A DNA stretch of 27,235 bases from a virus (Duplodnaviria; Caudoviricetes): positions 1-27,235 of IMG/VR virus record IMGVR_UViG_3300014309_000021; one strand, written 5' to 3'. Below the pieces are notes generated by a model. It saw only the letters and a program-made list of their open reading frames with translations, did not search any database and was not told the DNA's origin. Below, one piece after another: positions 7,339 through 16,520 of the stretch (position 1 is the first letter of the stretch; each line of letters starts with the position of its first letter). The position numbers were made by a program, and so were the translations under genes.

Positions 7339-8115
7339 ATGACACAAGGCGATAAAATCGTTATCGGTTACGGCGAATGCCTGTGTAATACTTACAAACA
7401 CGAGAAGAAAGCCGTTGATGAAGAACCGTGCGATGAATGCAGCATCACCTGTGTCTTATACGAACCGAAAGGAGGATATGAAATGTTTATAAAGCACGAA
7501 GAAGCCCCGGTTAAGAAAGTTTTTGAAAAGAAGATCGGAATTAAGTCATATGGTAGGATCGTGTTTTACAAAGCGGCAATAAGAGATCTGAAATGTGATT
7601 ATATTAATCTGGTTTTTGATGCAGAAACAAACCAGATCAGGATAAAACCAGCGCATTGTCCCGAAGGCGCTTTCAAAATCCAAGGTACTTCAACCAAATT
7701 CATTACAGCGACGCAATTCTTTAAATATTTTGGAATCAATCCCGAGGGCAGATTTGGCTATGCGATTGAGGATGAGATGTTAGTGGTGCAGTTGACGGAA
7801 AGCGAGGAGCCAAAAGGAGGGTATAAAATGAATTCAGAGCTAAACGAAAAATTCGAAGAGCTTACCAAAACCCTCGAAAAAATCGGATTTAAAGAGTTGT
7901 CAATAAACATTTATCAACATGATTGCACCGAAGAGCAAGCTAAGCGACTTGGGGAGGCGGTTGATAAAGCTGCTGAGTACAAAACCTACCACGACTCAGA
8001 CGAATCAACCTATTGGATCGAGGCAGAATTGAGATCTTGTTCGAACCTAATCAAATTCTGTTGCTTTTATACTCCAGACAAGGAGGCCTCCAATGATCCA
8101 AGTAATCCAACGTAA
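7339..8115 (+). CDS. Composite ORF of three in-frame modules (internal starts at 7483 and 7828)
   Basis: Two internal AAAGGAGG SD + ATG sites; middle module resembles 8577-8891. Confidence 0.65.
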   Translation: MTQGDKIVIGYGECLCNTYKHEKKAVDEEPCDECSITCVLYEPKGGYEMFIKHEEAPVKKVFEKKIGIKSYGRIVFYKAAIRDLKCDYINLVFDAETNQIRIKPAHCPEGAFKIQGTSTKFITATQFFKYFGINPEGRFGYAIEDEMLVVQLTESEEPKGGYKMNSELNEKFEELTKTLEKIGFKELSINIYQHDCTEEQAKRLGEAVDKAAEYKTYHDSDESTYWIEAELRSCSNLIKFCCFYTPDKEASNDPSNPT

Positions 8116-8308
8116 TCAATCCGCCCTACCACATATTAAACGCGAGTTTGATGGTCGCCCTCAGATTAGCTACAACAGCGATAATTGCATAGTAATCAGG
8201 CTTAAAGAGGGCGACGGCGATGTTTTGTTTTGCCTGAATCAAACTGTATCACAAATGCTTATTTTGTTTATCCAACATACTTTAACCGACGATGGTTTTC
8301 ATTACTAG
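8093..8308 (+). CDS. Hypothetical phage protein
   Basis: AAGGAGG SD. Confidence 0.65.
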   Translation: MIQVIQRNQSALPHIKREFDGRPQISYNSDNCIVIRLKEGDGDVLFCLNQTVSQMLILFIQHTLTDDGFHY

Positions 8309-8320
8309 CAGGAGGCCAGA

Positions 8321-8542
8321 ATGTTTGATAAGGATTTAAAAAAGTATCCGTGGCTTGCAAATTTAACAATTATATCTGACGGTTTTGTGATAGACCTAAC
8401 ACCAGCGCCGTCGCCCTGCAAGCCCAAAAAGCCCCTTGACGCTCAATTCAATTTCCCTAGCCTACACCATAAACGCTTCCACCGATGGGAAATGGAACGG
8501 GTGGACAAGCTAATAAATCAGCTAGAAAGGCAGTTCAAGTAA
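8321..8542 (+). CDS. Hypothetical phage protein
   Basis: AGGAGG SD. Confidence 0.6.
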   Translation: MFDKDLKKYPWLANLTIISDGFVIDLTPAPSPCKPKKPLDAQFNFPSLHHKRFHRWEMERVDKLINQLERQFK

Positions 8543-8576
8543 TTTCTCATCAAAAAACGAAAGCGAGGTTTTTAAA

Positions 8577-8891
8577 ATGTTTAAGGAAAAAAGCTTTGCC
8601 GAAACCGAAAGGGAAATCACGTTTACCAAGGATGGGAAAATTACTTTTAGCAGGGATGTCGTTCCGGATTTGTTGAGTTTTAGGCATGTCGATCTGTATT
8701 GGGAACCTGACAAAAAGCAGATTGGATTTGAGCCGCTAGATGATTACGGTTCCAATGATTCTTTTAAAATTAAGGGGATAATTAATTTACATATCGATGC
8801 TAGACCGTTTTTCGAACATTTCGAAATTCCGGTCCCGGTCGGAAATTATGAATATGTCATTGATAACAAAATGCTGATAGTGCAGTTATAG
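8577..8891 (+). CDS. Hypothetical beta-rich (AbrB-like?) protein, paralogue of the 7483-7827 module
   Basis: Shared pattern G.I.F...L..D....QI...P....FKI.G.....I.A..FF..F.I...G...Y.I...ML.VQL. Confidence 0.7.
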   Translation: MFKEKSFAETEREITFTKDGKITFSRDVVPDLLSFRHVDLYWEPDKKQIGFEPLDDYGSNDSFKIKGIINLHIDARPFFEHFEIPVPVGNYEYVIDNKMLIVQL

Positions 8892-8903
8892 GGGGGATCT
8901 TAA

Positions 8904-9041
8904 GTGCGCCAAAAATCTCGTAAACGTCGTCTCCGTAAGCGCGATAAATGGACGAAATATCAGCTTAGATTCCGCAAGTCAAAGAGAGCGACAAGCAACA
9001 AAATCCGGCAATGGTGTCGGGAGAACAGGGAGGCTATGTGA
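8904..9041 (+). CDS. Very basic 45-aa peptide (RQKSRKRRLRKRDK...)
   Basis: GGGGGG SD, GTG start, TGATG coupling to the next gene. Confidence 0.4.
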   Translation: MRQKSRKRRLRKRDKWTKYQLRFRKSKRATSNKIRQWCRENREAM

Positions 9042-9328
9042 TGTTTGTTTCAAGAAAAAAATGGGACGAGCTGAAAGAAAGGCTTTATAAGCTAGAACAA
9101 AAACAAAAAGAATTGGAAAATGGTCAAAAAATCACAACGGGGTTGCTGGATGGTTACGAATATCGTGGCTTTATGTTCTTTCGGAAATATAAGGCTCTTT
9201 CCCTAAAGCAAGCTGTGAAAATGATTATGGAACACCTCAATTTAAAGATAAGCGAACAACCGGAGCAAAAAGCTAAATTCGAATTGGTTAAGAAAGACAA
9301 AGAAACGCAAGAGGAGGCCCCGCAATGA
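9041..9328 (+). CDS. Hypothetical coiled-coil phage protein
   Basis: GGGAGG SD before ATG 9041. Confidence 0.7.
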   Translation: MFVSRKKWDELKERLYKLEQKQKELENGQKITTGLLDGYEYRGFMFFRKYKALSLKQAVKMIMEHLNLKISEQPEQKAKFELVKKDKETQEEAPQ

Positions 9329-9534
9329 TTACCTTTTTAGCTCAAGCCAAACGGACATTTTCCGGCCCGATATATCAAATGTCAAGACGAGTTTGTGGAT
9401 TGATTATAGGCTGCATCCCGGGGCGGAGGCGGTGGCTGTGATTACTGACCGGGAAGTATACGCGGTATTAGTTGTTATGACGTTTTGGATAGTGGTAATG
9501 TATGCGCTGATTTGGATGATAGGAGGTCGGTGAG

Positions 9535-9750
9535 GTGAAAGTAAAAATCGACGAAAGCGACGACAGGATAACATATTTAACAAGGGGTAGCTTCCGCCTG
9601 TTATGTCCGAAAAACACTAAAAACGGCGTTGGCACTCCCTGCGGCCCATGGTGTCCGGCGTGCACTCATTATCCTAAGTCCGGTACCAACCCGGAATGGA
9701 TCGAATTAAAATGTTTTCCGAATGAAGTCAAATTTGAGATAGAGGAGTGA
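9535..9750 (+). CDS. Cys-rich hypothetical protein
   Basis: CP...CGPWCPAC...C motif; GGAGG SD. Confidence 0.65.
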   Translation: MKVKIDESDDRITYLTRGSFRLLCPKNTKNGVGTPCGPWCPACTHYPKSGTNPEWIELKCFPNEVKFEIEE

Positions 9751-10127
9751 TAAATTTGAATTTTGAAAAGAATGACCTGTCAAAAGCACGAGAGGGAGAT
9801 CGATTGTGGAACTATTACGATCAAGCTTGGGAAGTGGTCGAAAGTGTCAGACCCCAATTTGAATTTCCAATCGATTTTGAAAGCGGGAACAGTTGCGATT
9901 TTAAAGGGCGAGAAACAACGGACGATATAGTTTCTACATACTTCTGGAACGAAATCCATTTCGACATTCCCGAGAGGCCGAAACGGAAGGCAAAGAAAGA
10001 AATCAAGGTGTGGGCGGTAGTTTCAAAGAAAGGCGAGATATACATGTTGCACAGCTCTGAACCAGCTGTTAATAGCCCTGATTATATGCTTTTAGAATTA
10101 GTCAAAGAAATCGAAATCGAAGAATAA
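9747..10127 (+). CDS. Hypothetical phage protein
   Basis: GTGA overlap with the upstream gene. Confidence 0.7.
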   Translation: MINLNFEKNDLSKAREGDRLWNYYDQAWEVVESVRPQFEFPIDFESGNSCDFKGRETTDDIVSTYFWNEIHFDIPERPKRKAKKEIKVWAVVSKKGEIYMLHSSEPAVNSPDYMLLELVKEIEIEE

Positions 10128-10181
10128 CGCTTTACAGAACGGTATTCAGGTAAATTATAAACGATGTGGAGGCAAAATACA

Positions 10182-10358
10182 ATGAATTTGAATATGGGTG
10201 ACAAAGTTGTGATGGTTAACTGCTATGAAGCACTGAAAAACCCCGATAAGGTTTGGACTGTTAGAAGCAAACCCTTTGATGTTTGCGGTTGTGAATGCGT
10301 GATGTTAGAGGGTAAGTCTGGCGGTTTTGAGGTTGATTGTTTGGAATTGGTTAAATGA
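10182..10358 (+). CDS. Small SH3-like phage protein
   Basis: GDKVVMVNCYEA...VWTVRS...VMLEGKSGGF; GGAGG SD. Confidence 0.65.
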   Translation: MNLNMGDKVVMVNCYEALKNPDKVWTVRSKPFDVCGCECVMLEGKSGGFEVDCLELVK

Positions 10359-10385
10359 TTTTAACTGATATGGAGGGATTTGTAA

Positions 10386-10568
10386 ATGGATATTGTTGTA
10401 ATAAAGCATACAAGCGATTACCGGGGCGATCATTCGGCAGATATTAACAAGGCATACGTATTCCCCGAAACCGCGACGCTAAAAGAAGTTTTGGGAGCAA
10501 TTGAAACAGATGAGCGGGAAGCTAGTGGATTAGAAAAATGTTGGTTTGAAATACCGATACAGAAGTGA
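10386..10568 (+). CDS. Hypothetical phage protein
   Basis: GGAGG SD. Confidence 0.65.
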   Translation: MDIVVIKHTSDYRGDHSADINKAYVFPETATLKEVLGAIETDEREASGLEKCWFEIPIQK

Positions 10569-10667
10569 GGTTTTGACAAATGACATACAAAAAGAAACCC
10601 GATAAGGAACAAGCTACCAAAGAATTGATAAGAAACATTTTAACTGACTATAGGACGGTGAGAAAAA

Positions 10668-10904
10668 GTGGATTTAAAAATTGAAGCCGGCAAAGTCATC
10701 ATAAATCCGTTTTCAAGAGGCAATAGAGTTTTAGTTTCCGTAGAGGCAAAGAACATAGACAACATCGATGACATGGCAGCGATAATTTCCAAGGAGTGCG
10801 ATCCGGCCTATCTGGTAGCTACCGGAAATAGAGATGGGTTGCTCGAAAGTATCGGGATTAAGTACGTCATGAATTATTTTGGTTTGGTTGAAGCGGATGA
10901 ATGA
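10668..10904 (+). CDS. Hypothetical phage protein
   Basis: ORF in operon. Confidence 0.6.
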   Translation: MDLKIEAGKVIINPFSRGNRVLVSVEAKNIDNIDDMAAIISKECDPAYLVATGNRDGLLESIGIKYVMNYFGLVEADE

Positions 10905-11070
10905 CTACATAACCCTATTCTGTACCAATTGCCCGGAGGTTTGGACAAGCGAATACACCTTTGACTGTGGTAAAGCCTTAAAAGACCCATACTGCGCCTT
11001 GTGCGGGAGTAAGGGGGAGCCGAACTACCGGGAGGAAACGGCGATAAAAATTGATATGGAGGAATCATGA
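10897..11070 (+). CDS. Small zinc-ribbon protein (CxxC...CxxC)
   Basis: CTNC...CALC; overlaps both neighbours. Confidence 0.55.
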   Translation: MNDYITLFCTNCPEVWTSEYTFDCGKALKDPYCALCGSKGEPNYREETAIKIDMEES

Positions 11071-11507
11071 ACAAATCAGAAGCTAAACCTTTAAAAATCG
11101 GCGACAAGATTTATAAATATCTACTTGGTGGCGTCGGTTCGTATGATGTTATTGGCAAACGAGAGTATCAAGACAACATCCAATACCATCTACGTTGCAA
11201 CAATTGTAATCACCCCGAACCATGCGAATTGTTGATCACTCTAAATGATTATGGTCAATATGTCTATGTTGCAATGCTAAACGACGATGAGGACGAACCG
11301 CAATATTCTTGGCATACCGGAGAGCCGTTCTTTTTGACCAAACAAGAGGCAATCATTCAAAAAGGTAACGAAAGTATTAAATGGCAAAGGGATGGAGTTG
11401 AAAAGTTACGCGACCGGCTCAAAGGCGCAGAAGAGAAGTTAAAAGAGATGAAAATATATATTGAGTCGGTGAATGAAGAGTTAAAAATTGATAGGAGAGA
11501 TGAATAA
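11067..11507 (+). CDS. Hypothetical phage protein with C-terminal coiled coil
   Basis: GGAGG SD; coupled. Confidence 0.7.
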   Translation: MNKSEAKPLKIGDKIYKYLLGGVGSYDVIGKREYQDNIQYHLRCNNCNHPEPCELLITLNDYGQYVYVAMLNDDEDEPQYSWHTGEPFFLTKQEAIIQKGNESIKWQRDGVEKLRDRLKGAEEKLKEMKIYIESVNEELKIDRRDE

Positions 11508-11995
11508 TGCCAAAACTTTACGAATTAACAGGGCATTACAAAAACTTAATCGAGCTGCTAGATGACGAAACAATTCCTCAAGAAGAAATTATGTCAGCAA
11601 TTCAGCAAGTCGATGGCGAGATAGTCATAAAAGCCCAAGAAATGGCTAAATTGCTCAAAAATATTGATTCGGATGCAAACGCCTACGAAATTGAAGAAAA
11701 GCGTTTAAAGGCTAAAAGGCAGTCGTTGGAGCGGCGTTACGACGGAATTAAAGAGTATCTGGAAGGTGAGTTAGTTAAAGTGGGAATGGCTAAAGTCGAC
11801 GGGATTGTTCCACTGTCGTTTCGTAAATCACTGCCAAGCGTAAATGTAATTGATGTCGCAAAAATACCTGCTGATTATATGGTCCCGAAACCGTCTGAAC
11901 CGGATAAAAAGGTAATACTTGAAGATTTAAAAAGTGGCAAAAAGATTCCTGGCGTTGAGTTGGTGACTGATAAAAAATATTTAAGAATTGGATGA
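11507..11995 (+). CDS. Siphovirus Gp157 family protein
   Basis: KLYELT...EEKRLKAKR...LSFRKS.PSV...IPADY...PDKK...G..IPGVEL. Confidence 0.9.
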   Translation: MPKLYELTGHYKNLIELLDDETIPQEEIMSAIQQVDGEIVIKAQEMAKLLKNIDSDANAYEIEEKRLKAKRQSLERRYDGIKEYLEGELVKVGMAKVDGIVPLSFRKSLPSVNVIDVAKIPADYMVPKPSEPDKKVILEDLKSGKKIPGVELVTDKKYLRIG

Positions 11996-12011
11996 CGGAG
12001 GTAATTAAACA

Positions 12012-12713
12012 ATGGCACTACTACCCAAAGAAACAACAAAACCAAAGATCGGTTTTAACGAGTATACGACTTTAATCTATGGTGCGCCTAAAGCGGGTAA
12101 ATCGACGCTTGCAAGTCAATTTGATAGTCCTCTGTTTATTGCTACGGAAGCAGGATTAAACGCCTTGGAAACCTATAATATGCCAGTTGATGGCTGGGAA
12201 ACATTTATTATGGCTTGCGCTGAGGTTGCAAAGGGTGATCATCAATATAAGACCATTGTAATTGATACAGTAGATAATTTATTCAAACATTGTTCAAATT
12301 ATATTTGTAAAAAACAAAATATTCAGCACGAAAGTGAACTGGACTGGGGTAAAGGTTGGAAACTGGTCAAAGATGAATTTTTCAGAGCTATTACCAAACT
12401 GAGTCTTTTGAAATATGGATTGGTACTTATTAGCCACGCGGAGACGACCGAAATCAAAACCAGGACTGGAACTATAACGAAATGGGTTCCTACAATGTCA
12501 AAACAAGCCAAAGAGGTAATTTTACCAATGTGTGACTTTATCTTTTTTGCTACAACAGAGCCTACAACAGAAGGATTAAAGCGGATGTTAAAAACAAAAC
12601 CTTCTGAAAACTGGGAAGCCGGAGACAGAACCGGTAAGTTTCCCGCTGAAATTGAAATGAGTTATAAAGCAATCGAAGAAAATTTTAAAAAATCAATTAA
12701 TGGAGGTAAATAA
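12012..12713 (+). CDS. AAA_24 / Sak4-like single-strand annealing ATPase
   Basis: Walker A YGAPKAGKST, Walker B TIVIDT, LISH; lies between Gp157 and DUF669. Confidence 0.9.
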   Translation: MALLPKETTKPKIGFNEYTTLIYGAPKAGKSTLASQFDSPLFIATEAGLNALETYNMPVDGWETFIMACAEVAKGDHQYKTIVIDTVDNLFKHCSNYICKKQNIQHESELDWGKGWKLVKDEFFRAITKLSLLKYGLVLISHAETTEIKTRTGTITKWVPTMSKQAKEVILPMCDFIFFATTEPTTEGLKRMLKTKPSENWEAGDRTGKFPAEIEMSYKAIEENFKKSINGGK

Positions 12714-12715
12714 TT

Positions 12716-13186
12716 ATGAGTTATAAAGACAGATTAAGTCAATTAAATGATGAGTGGGGAAAGGCCGAGGCCCCGAAAACCGATTATTCACCGTTACCCG
12801 ATGGTCAGTATGTTGTCGTTGTTGATGAGGCTAGAATTGATGAATCTGACGATGGAAGGTTATTTTTAAAATTAGGGCTCAAGGTGGTTGAAGGTAATTA
12901 TATTAATCATTTGATTTCCAAACGAAACAGTCTTGATGATTCGAGCCGGTTTGGGTATTTAAAGGCTGATTTTGGTAAAATCGGGCTTGAATTAACGAAT
13001 ATCAGCGATTTAGAGGATTTCCTGCCGAACTTACTAGATCGAGTAATCGAAGTCAGACTCAAGACAACCAAACCAAACGATCAAGGTAAAACGTATCAAA
13101 ATTGTTACATTCAAAAATTTGTATCGATGCTTAAAGATTATGACAACCAAGTTGATGGTATTAATCTTGATGATTTGGCTTTTTGA
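12716..13186 (+). CDS. DUF669-type phage single-stranded DNA-binding protein
   Basis: PLPDGQYVVVV...OB-fold pattern, acidic tail DDLAF. Confidence 0.8.
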   Translation: MSYKDRLSQLNDEWGKAEAPKTDYSPLPDGQYVVVVDEARIDESDDGRLFLKLGLKVVEGNYINHLISKRNSLDDSSRFGYLKADFGKIGLELTNISDLEDFLPNLLDRVIEVRLKTTKPNDQGKTYQNCYIQKFVSMLKDYDNQVDGINLDDLAF

Positions 13187-13204
13187 AATGTAGAAATAGG
13201 CAAT

Positions 13205-13227
13205 CGGCGCTAGTAACCCTAGCGCCG
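13205..13227. other. Perfect 9-bp GC-rich hairpin without U-tract
   Basis: CGGCGCTAG-TAACC-CTAGCGCCG in the intergenic gap. Confidence 0.6.
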
Positions 13228-13241
13228 GGAAGGAGGCTAAA

Positions 13242-13589
13242 ATGACAGCCAAATCATGGGCAGAGGTTGAAACCAAGGTAATGGAGTTGGAACGGGAAAA
13301 CGCAGAGCTGAAAGAACGAGTCGAGACTCTCGAAAGAATCGGTCATGAACTTAATCAGCTTGCTAAATCAGCCATAGAACGGCACGGGGCGATTATTGAT
13401 AAAAACGAGCGGATGGAACAAGCCTTGGAACGGGCGTGTGAATGGATGGATGATTATATTGACGATAAACTCGATTGCGAATACTGCCCGCTGCATGGCA
13501 ATAAATGCATTGATTACAAGTTTTCAAAAGACAATGGTTGTAAACGTGCTTTAATTCGACATTTTAAGGAGGGGCAAGATAATGGCTGA
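13242..13589 (+). CDS. Coiled-coil plus Cys-cluster hypothetical protein
   Basis: AAGGAGG SD. Confidence 0.7.
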   Translation: MTAKSWAEVETKVMELERENAELKERVETLERIGHELNQLAKSAIERHGAIIDKNERMEQALERACEWMDDYIDDKLDCEYCPLHGNKCIDYKFSKDNGCKRALIRHFKEGQDNG

Positions 13590-14361
13590 AACTAAAATTG
13601 AGTGGTGCGATAAAGTTTGGAATCCTACCGAGCAGTTAGAACAACCGTTAAAATGGCGAAAGCCTCAAAAGATATTTGTAAGTTCGATGATTAATTTGTT
13701 TCGTGAGGATGTACCTTTTGATTACATTGATAGGATTTTTGCAGTCATGGCGTTATGTCCCCAACACACGTTCCAGGTTCTGACCAAACGACCAGATCGG
13801 ATGCAATCCTATATTTCAACTATGGACGAATTTTCACTAAGCGAGACGGATGAGTGGCGAGATGCGCAGTACCGAGTAGATTGTGACGATGATCCCGACG
13901 GATCTACGGCGTGGCATTGTGAAACGGCTAGGATCGAGGATGCTATTTCGTTGTCACTTAGAGCATTAAGAGAAAGAAAATACTTGCCTAATGTTTGGCT
14001 AGGCGTAACGGTCGAAAATCAAGATCAAGATTGGCGAATTAAATACCTTTTAGAGACTCCAGCAGCGATTAGATTTATAAGTGTGGAACCGATGCTTGGT
14101 GAGATTGATTTAACTCAAGCTATGTATGGTGAGAAGCCAATGGGCATGAATTGCTTTGGATTTACAGATGGCTTTGGTTACGAGGCAATGTTACATTGGG
14201 TAATTTGTGGCCCTGAAACTGGCCCCGGCAAAAGGCCGATGAAGCGGGAATGGATTTTAGATTTATACCGGCAATGTGCCGATGCCGGAGTACCGTTTTT
14301 CGACAAGAAAAACATTCTTGGGCTAAATTTGAAACAATTCCCGGAGGCGAAGGTCAAATGA
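13582..14361 (+). CDS. DUF5131 (Gp37/Gp68) family protein, internally deleted
   Basis: TKIEWCD.VWNP, IFVSSM..LF, HTFQVLTKRP, NVWLGVTVENQ, RFISVEPML, WVICGPETG; Cys motif region missing. Confidence 0.85.
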   Translation: MAETKIEWCDKVWNPTEQLEQPLKWRKPQKIFVSSMINLFREDVPFDYIDRIFAVMALCPQHTFQVLTKRPDRMQSYISTMDEFSLSETDEWRDAQYRVDCDDDPDGSTAWHCETARIEDAISLSLRALRERKYLPNVWLGVTVENQDQDWRIKYLLETPAAIRFISVEPMLGEIDLTQAMYGEKPMGMNCFGFTDGFGYEAMLHWVICGPETGPGKRPMKREWILDLYRQCADAGVPFFDKKNILGLNLKQFPEAKVK

Positions 14362-14483
14362 AAATAGAGCATGTAATACATACGCATTACGAATGTGACT
14401 ATCCTTTCACTGAATCTCATTATATCAAATTCGGCGTTGATTTGATTGTTGAAGCGGTCAACGAGAAAGTGGGTGACCATTAA
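14358..14483 (+). CDS. Small hypothetical protein
   Basis: ATGA overlap; GGAGG upstream. Confidence 0.5.
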   Translation: MKIEHVIHTHYECDYPFTESHYIKFGVDLIVEAVNEKVGDH

Positions 14484-14647
14484 TGTTTCTGCTACTTGTT
14501 GGCTTAATCGCTGGGATGATTATTGGCATTGTTTTAACAGGTTGTCGAGTTGTTAAAGCGATCGACGAGTCAGGCCATAAAATGGAAATTATAAACGACC
14601 ATAAGGGCGGATATACCATCAATATTTATCTGAAAGAAGGTGATTGA
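14483..14647 (+). CDS. Small membrane-anchored protein (54 aa)
   Basis: MFLLLVGLIAGMIIGIVLTGC hydrophobic N-terminus; TAATG coupling. Confidence 0.5.
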   Translation: MFLLLVGLIAGMIIGIVLTGCRVVKAIDESGHKMEIINDHKGGYTINIYLKEGD

Positions 14648-14962
14648 ATGAAGATCAAAAAAGCCCGCAAAGATCATATTTGCGACTATTGCGGTAGAAA
14701 AATCGAAAAAGGACAGCGATATTTTTGTGAAAGACATTTTTGTAAAGAATTTGATTATGATTTCGAAGAAACAATATGCGGCTTTGATAGTCATATACAT
14801 ATCAAGTGTGGTTATAAGCAGAAAAAACACAAGGAAAGGTTTGAAAAATTCAAGTTAACTTGCAAGCACAAAGTAAACCATACTGAGTATAGTTATATTC
14901 CGGGTGAATGCGTTATGCAGCCAGAATGTCAGGTGTGTGACATTTGCGGAGAGAAATTTTGA
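14648..14962 (+). CDS. Zinc-finger phage protein
   Basis: KARKDHICDYCG..IEKGQRY...H..C. Confidence 0.7.
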   Translation: MKIKKARKDHICDYCGRKIEKGQRYFCERHFCKEFDYDFEETICGFDSHIHIKCGYKQKKHKERFEKFKLTCKHKVNHTEYSYIPGECVMQPECQVCDICGEKF

Positions 14963-14978
14963 GAAAGCAGGCGATAAA

Positions 14979-15173
14979 ATGCAACTTTTGAAAACAAAAC
15001 AAATGGAGATTCATTTCGCCATAACTTTAGGGAAGCGGGCTGGATCATTCGCCCTCGTTGGCTTTTGTTGGTGCGAATTTGATTTTATATACCAATTTCA
15101 GATCTATTTTCTTTGTTTTCAAATTACAGTTTACTGGAAAAAATCACATGTTAATAAAGCTAACACAGAGTAG
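14979..15173 (+). CDS. Hypothetical hydrophobic protein
   Basis: ORF; weak SD. Confidence 0.35.
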   Translation: MQLLKTKQMEIHFAITLGKRAGSFALVGFCWCEFDFIYQFQIYFLCFQITVYWKKSHVNKANTE

Positions 15174-15274
15174 GTAGGAGGTTTAAAAGACTATCAAATA
15201 AAAATCTTAGCTGATATTTAACTGATATTTAGTTAGTCTTAAAGTTAGCCAAGGAGGGGGAGGAAAAGAATGAC

Positions 15275-15961
15275 ATGGCCGAAGCTGAAGGATGGATTAA
15301 ACTTTACCGAAAATTGATGATTAATGACCTTTGGATTAAAGAACCATTTACAAGGGGCCAGGCGTGGGTTGACCTACTCCTTTTAGCCAATCACAAAGAC
15401 GGGTTTATTCGGGTAAGGGGGATAAAAATTCCAGTGCTTCGTGGTCAGGTTGGATGGTCAGAACGAAAATTAGGTGATCGCTGGAAATGGTCACGCGGAA
15501 AGGTCAAACGCTTTATTTCCGAACTGCAAAACGAACGGCAAATAGAGCCACAAAAAAATAATGAAACGTCCATTGTAACGATAGTAAATTATGATTTATA
15601 TCAAGAAAACAGACCACAAAACGAACCACAAAACGAACGTCAAACGGGCCACAAACGGGCCACAAACGGGCCGCAAACGGACACTAACAAGAATGTAAAG
15701 AATGAAAAGAATGAAAGTAATACTGTAAGTAATAGGGCATTCGCCCCGCCCTCTCTTCAACAAGTAACGGAATATTGTTTGGAACGAAACAACGGAATTG
15801 ACCCACAGCGGTTTATCAATCATTATACGGCGAACGGGTGGGTAAGAGGTAAAGCGAAAATAAAGGATTGGAAAGCGTGCGTCAGGACGTGGGAAAGCAA
15901 TCAAAAACCAAAGCAATCCGGTCTAGATTATCTCGAAAGGATGGCAAAAGGCGATGACTAA
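15275..15961 (+). CDS. Phage replication initiator (replisome organiser)
   Basis: GWIKLYRK...WVDLLLLANH...RGQ...S.R.L..RW...IVNYDLYQ; C-terminal PPSLQQV..YC...F.NHY.ANGW...DWKA; internal iterons. Confidence 0.88.
   Translation: MAEAEGWIKLYRKLMINDLWIKEPFTRGQAWVDLLLLANHKDGFIRVRGIKIPVLRGQVGWSERKLGDRWKWSRGKVKRFISELQNERQIEPQKNNETSIVTIVNYDLYQENRPQNEPQNERQTGHKRATNGPQTDTNKNVKNEKNESNTVSNRAFAPPSLQQVTEYCLERNNGIDPQRFINHYTANGWVRGKAKIKDWKACVRTWESNQKPKQSGLDYLERMAKGDD
15607..15684 (+). repeat. Iteron array / probable phage replication origin
   Basis: CCACAAAACGAA x2 then 11-bp CAAACGG(GCCA)-type units x4 inside the initiator gene, followed by an A-rich tract. Confidence 0.75.
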
Positions 15962-16520
15962 CCAAGATATATCAAAGCTACTACTAATGGCAAAATCAGC
16001 CTTTCCCGGACGTTCGCCGGACAATCAGCAAGAACTAGTAGCGTTAACCAATGTTTGGCGCATGGTATTAAACGAGATCCCTTACAAACTAGCCGAGGCC
16101 GCACTAATCAAAGTCCTATCGTCAACCAAGTTTTTTCCGGCCCCGGCAGAAATTAGGGAGGCGGCAGTAAGTTTGGTCCCGGGTCCGCCTACAGCCGAGG
16201 AAGCATGGGAAGAAGTCCGGAAGGTTATTGCATCGGGGCATTGCTCAATCGAAAATCAATACAATGGCTGGAAGCCTACGTGGAGCAACGAGCTGATAGG
16301 CAAGACCGTAAACGAAATGGGACTGCGGGAAATGTTTGAATCAGAAAATATCAGCATTACGATGGCGCAGTTTAAAAAATACTATGACAATAACCGAGCA
16401 GGTTACAAAGAGAAACGGCTGAATGAGCAGATTTTGAGGCTGACGGGGGCCGGAAAATTAATAGCGGAGGATAAACCAAATGCGCTGGACGCTGGAAGAA
16501 AAAACGATATTAATGGATAA
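15954..16520 (+). CDS. Replicative helicase loader/inhibitor (G39P-like)
   Basis: W..VL.EIPY..AEAAL......KFFPAPAEIR; follows the initiator. Confidence 0.75.
   Translation: MTNQDISKLLLMAKSAFPGRSPDNQQELVALTNVWRMVLNEIPYKLAEAALIKVLSSTKFFPAPAEIREAAVSLVPGPPTAEEAWEEVRKVIASGHCSIENQYNGWKPTWSNELIGKTVNEMGLREMFESENISITMAQFKKYYDNNRAGYKEKRLNEQILRLTGAGKLIAEDKPNALDAGRKNDING

Noticed and set aside
15607-15684. CRISPR-like or VNTR array
   Set aside because: 11-12-bp units without spacers inside the initiator gene; typical iterons
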